This document shows positions 55,100-64,000 of a stretch of 64,000 nt of DNA, piece after piece (position 1 is the stretch's first letter; every line of letters begins with the position of its first letter). This DNA is from Raja brachyura. Taxonomy: Eukaryota. A program made the translations under genes and the position numbers. The stretch lies in NCBI GenBank assembly GCA_963514005.1, contig OY740816.1:26102001-26166000 (forward strand), in the 5' to 3' direction. Under the pieces are notes generated by a model. That model searched no databases. It saw only the letters and a program-made list of their open reading frames with translations, and was not told the origin of the DNA.

Positions 55100-55929
55100 C
55101 TGGCACTTGGGGCCTCAAGGTGCTTGGGCTGTCCACATCTGTGTTCCCTCTTTCTGCTGGGGTCTTGGCAGTGGTGGGGGTTGGCTCGCCCACCTTGGGG
55201 GTGCTGGCAGCAGCCCTTCTCGTCGCCTGTGCATAGGTGCAGGCTCTTTTAGGGCAAGCCCTGTAAAGGTGGCCTGCCTCCCCGCACAGGTTGCAGTTCT
55301 TGCTGGCCTGACAGTCCTTTGTCTCATGGCCCTCCATCTTGCAGTTTTTGCAGACAACTGCAGTGCATTGGGCCATCACACGCTCAGGCTTGTTACATTT
55401 CCTGCACAGCCTGGGTTGCCCTACGTAGCTCAGGTATCCTCGGTTTCCTCCAATCGCAAAAACTGAGGGGGGGTGGACGATTTCTCCGTCCTTGTCCACC
55501 CTCAGCTTCACCTTAACTTGCCGCTTGCTTGTCCAAATCCCATGTATGCCCTTCACGTCCACACAGTTCCCTGTTCCCTCAACGTGGCGAGCAAGGAAGG
55601 TGAGGACATCCACTACGGGCAAATGTGGGCTGAACATGTGCACTGTGATGAACCTTTCCTTCTGGGTGGGGAGGGTGAAGAGCGGCTGCACTCTCCCGGA
55701 AGTCTTCCATCACCTTCTGCCATCCCGTCGGATACTTGAAGGTAACGTCAAAATATCCGTTACCCGGGAAATCCTGGAGGCAGTAGATGTCCTTGGCCTC
55801 AAATTTGCAGGCCTCTAGCGAGACCTTCTTCACAAATAGATCTCGTGAGAAGGGGGTCCCCTTGCTGAGGTCCTTCACGCTTATTGTCAGGGTATTCCGA
55901 ATACCCTGTACTCCTGCTCCTGCTGACAT
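55100..55929 (-). pseudogene. Tx1-type ORF1 (ZCCHC3-like, three CCHC knuckles), frameshifted near 55695 and 3'-truncated
   Basis: MSAGAGVQGIRNT...DIYCLQDFPGNGYFDVTF shifts frame into QPLF...GIWTSKRQVKVKLR...HPPSVFAIGGNRGYLSYVGQPRL, followed by CRKCNKPERVMAQC (His lost), CKNCKMEGHETKDC and CNLCGEAGHLYRAC. Confidence 0.85.
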
Positions 55930-56092
55930 TGTGGCTGAATGAGGTGTTAGGTTGGTTACCCAACCAGCATGGATCCACCTCTAAGCCTGCAGCCGACCGA
56001 CTCCTCGTCACCAAGTTCGCTTCGCAATCCACGGCCCTTGTCCCCAAGGGACCGCCAGAACCGTTCTAATAAGAACAGATAGTCTCTTTCAC

Positions 56093-56137
56093 TAAGAACA
56101 GATACTACACTTGATGTTAGCCAAAAGGCCGAGAAGC
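56093..56137 (-). ncRNA. U2 snRNA 5' fragment (nt 4-48), retroposed and not a functional gene
   Basis: Minus strand reads GCTTCTCGGCCTTTTGGCTAAcATCAAGTGTAGTATCTGTTCTTA, a 44/45 match to vertebrate U2 as I recall it, including the branch-point recognition GTAGTA. The rest of U2 (Sm site, 3' stems) is absent. Confidence 0.92.
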
Positions 56138-57060
56138 CACCACCACTCCAGGCAGCGCGTTCCAAGCCCCCACCACCCTCTGCGTAAAAACACATGGACC
56201 GCACATCTCTTTTAAACTTTACCCCTCTCACCTTACAGCTATGCCCCCTGGTAGATACTTCCACCCTGGGGAAATGTTTCTGGCTGTCTATTGATTGGAA
56301 CTGATGTTGATGTGCAGACTTTACTGACATTCACTGCCATCTCTAACTGCCTGGGTCTCGGGAGGCAGTGACGGGTTAACCACTTACTCCCTGTCATTGG
56401 TTCCCACGCCCACATTTACACAGAACCAATCTGTGTAAATAGTTCACAGCCTGCCCCCTCCCATCACCAGGGCCCTCCAGCAGTTTATTGTTCAATGGTG
56501 CACTGACATTCCTTGTTCACATCAAGCTTACAGATTAAACAGTGTACATAAATATCAAATACAATGAGTGCAAAACACTGGAATGATGCAAGATGGTCCG
56601 TCAAACAACAAGCATTGCAAAGGATTTGTTTAGATTAGTTTAGTTTAATTTAGTTTAGTTTTATCATGTGTGCCGAGGTACAGTGAAAAGCTTTTGTTTG
56701 CATCCAACCAGTCAAAGACCATACATGAACATAATCAAGCCATCCACAGTGCTCAGATGAAGCATCAAAGATACAACATTCAGTACAGTATAAAGTCTGA
56801 TTTAAGAAAGATCAGGTCCCCAGTGAGGTGAATGGGAGGTCAGGGCCGCACTCAAGCAGATTATTGAAGTTCATTAATGGAATAACTGAAGGAGGTAGAG
56901 TTCAGAGTAAGAGTATGTGGCAGCCTACTCCGTGAAAACTGTAACGTCCAGGTTCAAGAACAGTTTCTTCCCTACAGCCATTCCCGGCTATTAAACACAA
57001 CCTTAAATAAGTTCCGAACTACACACTATTATTGCACTATTATTATTTATTTTTGTGTGT

Positions 57061-57062
<2 letters not shown>

Positions 57063-57134
<72 letters not shown>
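57063..57134. repeat. (GT)n microsatellite
   Basis: About 36 perfect GT units. Confidence 0.99.
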
Positions 57135-57139
<5 letters not shown>

Positions 57140-57469
57140 AATCTATGTGTAATAAAGAACTGCAGATGCTGGTTTAAATCAAAAGAAGACACAAAATGCT
57201 GGAGTAACTCAGTGGGACAGTCAGCATCTCTGGAGAGAAGGAATGGGCGACTTTTCGGGTCAAGACCATTCTTCAGACATTATAGATATATAATCTATAA
57301 ATATATGTGTATTTGTGAGTATGTGTATATGTACACACACTGGACCTTTCTCTCTCGTTTATTATATTGTTTACAGTGTACTATGTTTCTATATTCTGTT
57401 GTGCTGCAGTAAGTAAGAATTTCATTGTTCTATCTGGGACGTATGACTAAAGCAATCTTGACTCTTGAA

Positions 57470-58300
57470 AGAGGTGATTGGTTCTGGAGTCTGAGAGGAG
57501 TGGGGAAGAAACTGTTCTTATGTCCTGACGTCTTGGCTTTCAAACTCCTGTATCTTCTCCCAGAAGGTAGAAGAGAGAAAGGGAATGGCCAGAGTGGCAG
57601 CATCCATGATGGTTCTTCCATCATGAAGATGGACTGGATGGAAGGAGTGACCAGCCTGTGATGGACTGGGCTGTGTTCATCACTCTCTGCATGTTCAGGC
57701 GGTCAAGAGCTGAACAGTGGCCACACCAGGCTGAGATGCATCCGCTTAGAATACTTTCTGTGGAAGATCAAGGGAATCCTCATGAATCTTCTCAGAAGCC
57801 TGGGAAAGTAAATACGTTAAGAGCATTTTTTGACCACCATATCAGTGTGAAGGGACTAGGTTAGGTTGCTGTGATACGGATGCCGAGGAACGTGAAGCTG
57901 TTGACCATCTCTACAGCAGTTTTGTTGATGAGGACAGGGTTGTGTTCACCCTCTCGCTTCCTTGGGTCAACAGCCAACTCTATCATCTTGCTGAGGTTGT
58001 TCTTGCACCATCACACAAGGCTCTAGAGCTTCTCCCTGTACTCTGTCTCATCATTGTTGTAGTTCCTGCCAACAACAGTGGTATCATTAGCAAATTCAAA
58101 GATCAAGCTGGGACTTGACTTGGCCCAATAGTCCCAGATGTACAAGGAGCAGAGCACGGGACTGAGCACACAGCCCCGAGGGTCAGGGCAGAGGAATGTC
58201 CTGGCCAGCTCTGACCGACTGAGGTCTGCCGGTCAGGAAGCCAATCAGGACCCATGGACAAGGTCAGGGGCTGAGTGATGAACTTATTCCACACCATTGG
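57470..58300 (-). mobile_element. Rex1/Babar-type LINE RT and 3' remnant
   Basis: Minus strand near 58100-58030 reads FANDTTVVG..NNDETEYRE (decayed FADD motif); FSLLPSGRRYRSLKAKTSGHKNSFFP is a typical Rex1 C-terminus. Confidence 0.7.
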
Positions 58301-58546
58301 CGGCAATCACACAGCATAAAGTTGCATGACCGTGCCTTTAGAAATATGGGTCAAGGTATTAATAATTAGCAAAATAAGGGAAGTATGTGACTTTATAATG
58401 AAGACTAAATTATACCAGTGTGTTAATTTATTCTCGTGCTCCAGAACCTGCTGCTCCAGAATTGTATAACTACATTGCTTTTATGTTTCCTGTTGAGGTT
58501 GTGTAATCGTTCTAGGTTAACAGGGAGCTAATCTGAAACACAGAAT

Positions 58547-58757
58547 GCTGGAGTAACTCAGCGGGTCAGGCAGCATCTGTGGAGAACATGGATAGGTGAC
58601 GTTTCACAGAGTGCTGGAGTAACTCAGCGGGTCAGGCAGCATCTCTGGAGAACATGGATAGGTGACGTTTCACAGAGTGCTGGAGTAACTCAGCGGGTCA
58701 GGCAGCATCACTGGAGAACATGGATAGGTGACGTTTCAGGTTGGGACCCTTCTTCAG
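58547..58757 (-). repeat. Same 66-bp unit, 3 copies, reverse orientation
   Basis: Units start at 58547, 58613 and 58679 on the plus strand. Confidence 0.95.
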
Positions 58758-59189
58758 GGGCCTGGAATAGGTCAGCCACGATCACGTTGAGTGATGCGGC
58801 GGGCTCAATGGGCCGAATGGCCTCACCCTGCTCCTACGGTGGGTTCTTGAGTCCATTCCACTTCCAGAACATTCCAAATCACTACCCTGCCAATCATTAT
58901 CCTGTATCTGTACACCATGCATAGTTTGATTGTAATCATGTATTGTCTTTCCGCTGACTGTACTTCGGTACACGTGACAATAAACTAAACTGAACCAAAC
59001 CAAACATAATTAGTCTGAAGAAGCGTTTCGGTGCGAAACGTCACCCATTCCTTCTCTCCAGAGACGTTGCCTGTCCCGCTGAGTTACTCCAGCATTTTGT
59101 GCTCAGCACTATAATGGTGGATTCCTGGCAGCAAATTCACACACATCGTACTGACTAGATCATCTATTCAGTGAGGGGTACATCAAATC

Positions 59190-59640
59190 ATGCCATTGGT
59201 GCAGAATTAGGCCATTCGGCCCATCACCATTCAATCATGACAAATCTTTTTTTCCCTCACAACCCCATTCTCCTGCCTTCTCCCCATAACCCGACACTTG
59301 TACTCATCAAGAATCTAAGATTCTTCATGAATTTCTGCCTTAAATATATCGACTCACTTGGCCTCCACAGCCGTCTGTGGCAATGAATTCCAGATTCACC
59401 ACCCTCTGACAAAATAAATTCCTCCTCATCTCCTTCCTAAAAGAACACCCTTTAATTCTAAAGCTACGTGCTCTAGTCCTAGACTCTCCCACTAGTGGAA
59501 ACATCCTCTCCACATCCACTCTATCCAAGCCTTTCACTATTATGTATGTTTCAATGAGGTCCCCCCTCATTCTTCTGAACTCCAGCGAGTACAGGCCCAG
59601 CGCCCGTCAAATGCTCATCATATGTTAACCCACTCATTTC
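59190..59640 (-). mobile_element. CR1/HER1-like LINE 3' fragment
   Basis: ORF track 59340-59570 reads MRGDLIETYIIVKGLDRVDVERMFPLVGESRTR, the CR1 ORF2 C-terminus. Confidence 0.8.
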
Positions 59641-60000
59641 TGGTAAACGTCACCCATTCGTTCTCTCCCGAGACGCTGCCTGTGCCGCTGAGTTACTCCA
59701 GCTTTTTGTGTCTATCTTCGGTTTAAACCAGCATTTGTAGTTCCTTCCTACACATCCTTCCTCAGATATGGGGCCTGGAATTGCTTACAATATTAGTCAG
59801 AAACACCAGGGATATGTCACAGCCCGTCCTGTAACCAGGGCAGCTGAGGATCAGGCACTGGGCCTCTGGTGATCAGACACTGAGCTCAGCATCACGCACG
59901 GCTGCACCCATGGACAGCTGAGCCAGGCTGCTGCTTACCAGGGAGACAGGCGAGAGCAGCAGAGACCACAGAGGGGGAGTCTATGGAAGGGTTCCGACCC

Positions 60001-60175
60001 AGAGATGCTGCCTGACCCGCTGAGTTACTCCAGCACTCTGTGAAACGTCACCTCTCCATGTTCTCCACAGATGCTGCCTGACCCGCTGAGTTACTCCAGC
60101 ACTCTGTGAAACGTCACCTATCCATGTTCTCCACAGATGCTGCCTGACCCACTGAGTTACTCCGGCACTCTGTGT
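60001..60175 (+). repeat. Same 66-bp unit, about 2.6 copies
   Basis: AGATGCTGCCTGACCC(G/A)CTGAGTTACTCC(A/G)GCACTCTGTG repeats with period 66. Confidence 0.92.
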
Positions 60176-62918
60176 CCAGCTGCTGTCAGTGTCTGGGCCA
60201 AAGCCATGGATTCGAGCTCTGCATCATAATTCCTAAAGAAACTATGGTACACCATGACTTGGTAATTGAAGGGAACTGTAAACACATCTCTCTGCTTCAG
60301 TTTATTTTGAGAAATACTTTAGAATTAAACCAAATTGAGGGCCTCCACAGCTTTAACATTTTAATTAGCATTTCATGTTGTTGTTAGCCTACAATTACCT
60401 CATTAAATCCACTCAAAAGGTTATCTGCAGATTTAATTCCATACATGTTTGAATGCCACAAAGCCAGAAGAATTAAAAGCAGAGTGAAATTAAAGGATTA
60501 TGCCCTGCATAGATTTGCACATTAAAAAGCCACAAGAAAGGTATTTATGGTGGGAAGATTGTACAGAGAGCCATGAGATGTACAAGAAGGGAACTGAGAC
60601 TCTCTCGTCCAGTCAGTAAACGTCACAGTAAACGTCACAACGATGATAGTAGTTATTGTTATTTTAGTTCAGTTTAGTTTATTGTCACATGTACCGAGGT
60701 ATATTGAAAAGCTTTTGTTACGTGCTAACCAGTCAGTAGAATGTCTATGCATGATTACAATCGAGCCGTCAACAATGTAGATACAGGATAAATGGAATAA
60801 CGGAATAATGTTTAGTACAAGATACAGTAAAGTCTGATCAAAGATAGTCCAAAGTAGACAAAAACGCAGGAGAAACTCAGCGGGTGAGGCAGCATCTATG
60901 GAACGAAGGAATAGGTGACGTTGCCATAGATGCTGCCTCTCCAGCATTTCTGACTACCGTCGATTTTTCCAGCATCTACAGATCTTTCTGAAAGATGGTC
61001 CAAGGGTCACCAATGAGGTTGTTGGTAGTGTAGGTAGGTAAGAAGATACTGGTTTAAACCAAAGATAGACACAAAAAGCTGGAGTAACTCAGTGGGACAG
61101 GCATCATCTTGAGAGAAGGAATGGGTGACGTTTCAGGTCGAAACCCTTCTTCAAATGGTAGCTGGTAGGTCAGGACTGCTCTCTACTTGGTGAGAGGATG
61201 GTGCAGTTGCCAATAACAGCTGAAACTGTCCCTGACCCTGGAGATGTGTTTTTGGCGGAGGTGCATTGGTGGTTCCCAGGAACCTGGGCTTCATTCTTGC
61301 ATCCCGAGGACCTGTGATTGCCTCACGATGCCTCCCCCTTCGATCATACCTGTCCTACTCACCTGAGCACATCACCAATACTGAGAGAGTGCACAGTTTC
61401 AGGGGGCATCATCCTTTAGGTTAGACTTAATTTCAATCTGCCTCTCAAGCAGGACCCATTACAAAAGACATTTGGACAGTTACATGAGCAGGACAGATTC
61501 AGAGTCAAACAAAGACAGGTAGGACTAGTGTAGATGTGGCATGTTGGTCGGCGTGGGCAGGTTGTGCCGAAGGATCTGTTTCCATGGCAGTGCAAGAGGT
61601 GGTTTGTGGTGTTCCGTTGTCGAGGTGGGATTAGGGTTGTGTGGGTCAGTGCAGGGAGCTGATTTTGCGTTCACATTTGTGGAACTCTCTGTGAAAAGGT
61701 TGCGTGTACATCGTGAGTGTAGGCGGGGCAGGATATTCTGGGATGTCGTGAGCCGGTGAATGGTGCAGTCTCTCTCATTACTTGACCAGAGTTAAAGTGT
61801 CGTTTTTGGTTGGCACAAGAGGTGCACACAGCTTTGTTCTGGTCCACACTACAAAGTGCTTGCTAATCATTGCACATTTCATGGCAGTCAACATCTGCCT
61901 TTTATTACAGCCTGCATGTAACTATTATCCATCATTAGCCAATGCAAAGTAGTCACTAATGGCAGTTTATACTGCTTGTTTGGATACAAACAACTGCCTC
62001 TGATGCCTCGTTATCCAGCGGAATTGTTCCAACAGCCCAGGATTCATTGAGGTGGGAGAGGACCGTGGGTGGGGGGGTGGACGGGGGGGAGGACTGGTGA
62101 AAGTGTCAAACACACTACGCTAGCAATGATAGTGTTTCACCAACAATTATCACCCTGCATTTATATAACACCTTGATCATCCCAGCAAGGGAATTCCAGA
62201 GCATCAGAGCTACACACATGAAAGGACGAGATATAGGGTCATGCATATGATGCCTGCACGACTGGACATGCATGCAGAGGCTGAGAAAGGCAGGGATGAG
62301 CAAGGAACATGGGGAGCCTGGGGTCCCGCACCACCAGCTTCAGGAACAGATACTTTCTTACAACCATCAGGTTTTTGAACCGACCCGCACAATCCTGAAT
62401 AAGAGTTGGTCTTGGCATCATGCTCGGCATAGACATTGTGGGCTGAAGGGCCTGTTCTTGTGCTGTCCTGTTCCATGTTCTAAGAATGGTTTGGACAGAA
62501 ATTCACAGAATGTGATCAGACAGAAACTGGAAAGCAATTTAAACAAAGACTTGCCTTTCATTTGAGGATGCAAATCACAGCCATGTGGATGTAGAGGGTG
62601 GTTTAATGTTTGGGTGTGGAACCGACAGTATCACCGCACCCCAACTGCTGCTGGATATAATGACTCTGGAACCTGACTCGGCATGCCTGCACGGGTTAAG
62701 TAATACATCTCTACAGCTCCCTTGTCCCGGACACAGAGGTTTGTGGGTTCACATCCCACTCCAGAGCCGACAGCACAAACACCTATGTTGACATCGCAGT
62801 TAGTTAGACACTAAAAGCTGGAGTAACTCAGCGGACAGGCAGCATCTATGGAGACAAGGAATGTTTCGGGTCAAGACCCTTCTTCAGAAATTATCCTGGC
62901 ATCGCAGTGATAGTGTAA

Positions 62919-63118
62919 TGGGGCTGTCTCACTTTCACAACCTAATTCACGACCTCTGCCGAGTTTGCCCTTGACTCATACTCGCAGCATGGTCGTCACA
63001 AGGTCGTAGCAGGCCGTGATGCTAGTCGTAGGTACTCATGGCACCAAGTAGGTCGGGGCGTTTTTTCTAGCCAGATGAAAAAAGTCATGAATTAGGTGAT
63101 GAAAGTGGGGCAGGCCCT
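62919..63118. mobile_element. MITE, probably PIF/Harbinger type
   Basis: ~35-bp imperfect TIRs (TGGGGCTGTCTCACTTTCACAACCTAATTCACGAC / GTCATGAATTAGGTGATGAAAGTGGGGCAGGCCCT) flanked by TAA and TTA (TWA-type target, imperfect TSD). Confidence 0.65.
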
Positions 63119-63169
63119 TTAGAGGGACTGCTTCATTCAGCTGGCCCTCTATAGAAGGTGTCCACATTT

Positions 63170-63692
63170 GGGGCAGAACGGTGCTGCAGTGGGCAGAGCT
63201 GCTGCCTCACAGCGCCAGAGACCCGAAATTGATCCTGACCTCGGGTGCGGTCCATGGGGAGTTTGTACCCGTGACCACGTTGGGTTCCCTCCGGGTGCTC
63301 CAATTTCTTCTCATATTGTAAAGACGTGTCAATTTGTAGGTTAATTGGCTTCTGTAAATTACCCCAAATGTGTGGGGAGTGGATGAGAAAGTGGGATAAC
63401 ATGGAACTGGTGTGAACGGGTGATCGATGGTCGGAAAGGAACTGCAGGTGCTGGTTTATACCAAAGATAGACACAAAATGCTGGACTAACTCAGCAGGAC
63501 AGGCAGCATCTCTGGAGAGAAGGAATGGGTCACTAGACCCAGGACTGAAGATGGGTCTCGACCCAAAACGTCACCCATTTCTTCTCTCTAGATGCTGCCT
63601 GTCCTGCTGAGTTACTCCAGCATTTTGTGCCTATGATCGATGGTTGGCATGGACTGGGTGGGCCGAAGGGCCTGTTTCCATGCTGTATCACT
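63170..63692 (+). mobile_element. HE1-like V-SINE interrupted by a palindromic cassette at 63435-63633
   Basis: SINE head and core run 63170-63434 and the tail resumes at 63634; duplicated target TGATCGATGGT(C/T)GG. Confidence 0.8.
63435..63633. mobile_element. Palindromic short repeat cassette with hammerhead-like core (probably Penelope-like pLTR derived)
   Basis: Two inverted arms GACACAAAATGCTGGA.TAACTCAGCAGGACAGGCAGCATCT... / ...AGATGCTGCCTGTCCTGCTGAGTTACTCCAGCATTTTGTG; 14-bp TSD with one mismatch (63421-63434, 63634-63647). Confidence 0.75.
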
Positions 63693-64000
63693 GAAGTAAA
63701 CGGAGATCCGTGGCCACGACTATGAAGAGCAGCCATCTCCAGTGTCATTGGCTTATTGTGGGATTTTGCTAACTGCTTTGTTTCCTCAAATACAATAGTA
63801 AAACACCTCAAATGTACCTTGTTTTCTGTAATAACGAGCGTTGGAACACCCTGAGAGTGTGAAAATTGCTGCACAAACAAAACACCTGTTGGAATTATGA
63901 AAATGTATCTGCTCTCTCTGTGGACTGGTCTCGAGCTGAAACGTCACCTACTTCTTTTCTCCATAGATGCTACCTCACCCGGTAAACTATTTATGTTAAT

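Larger units (their letters stand above)
54119..56137 (-). mobile_element. Non-autonomous Tx1-clade (Keno-like) non-LTR retroelement with U2 snRNA-derived 5' head and internal deletion
   Basis: 5' to 3': U2 nt 4-48, ~160-nt UTR, zinc-knuckle ORF1, ORF2 C-terminus, 3' UTR with AATAAA (54154-54159) and a decayed A-rich tail. TSD ACCACCACCCC (54108-54118) / ACCACCACTCC (56139-56149); it interrupts a CR1-type remnant. Confidence 0.88.

Noticed and set aside
54822-55929. Host ZCCHC3 gene
   Set aside because: Frameshifted, fused to an ORF2 remnant and bounded by a TSD and A-rich tail, so it is a retroelement ORF1.
56093-56137. Functional U2 snRNA gene
   Set aside because: Only nt 4-48 are present, with no Sm site or 3' stems, and the upstream flank is a CR1 remnant rather than a PSE.

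Overview
This is vertebrate genomic DNA, most likely from a cartilaginous fish such as a skate or ray (inferred from HE1/V-SINE-like SINEs and CR1/HER1-like LINE remnants). The left two-thirds hold the 5' half of a ZSWIM4/5/6-family gene on the minus strand, best matching ZSWIM4. Six coding exons (42105 down to 1809) have GT-AG junctions and consistent phases, intron 2 is 26.6 kb, and the CpG-rich promoter has a TATA box, an Inr and an array of CCAAT and GC boxes. The gene continues beyond the left edge. The rest is intronic or intergenic and dense in repeats: CR1 and Rex1-type fragments, SINEs, a Harbinger-type MITE, microsatellites and one 146-nt assembly gap. Two observations stand out. (1) A ~2.0-kb, TSD-flanked, non-autonomous Tx1-clade retroelement (54119-56137, minus strand) has U2 snRNA nt 4-48 as its 5' head, keeps a zinc-knuckle ORF1, has lost endonuclease and RT, and sits outside any U2 gene. 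(2) An abundant short repeat carrying a hammerhead-ribozyme-like core (CTGAAGA..stem..GAAACGTC) occurs singly, as palindromic pairs or as 66-bp tandem arrays; several copies have 9-15 bp TSDs. Repeat boundaries are approximate and family names come from recalled consensus features, not from database searches.
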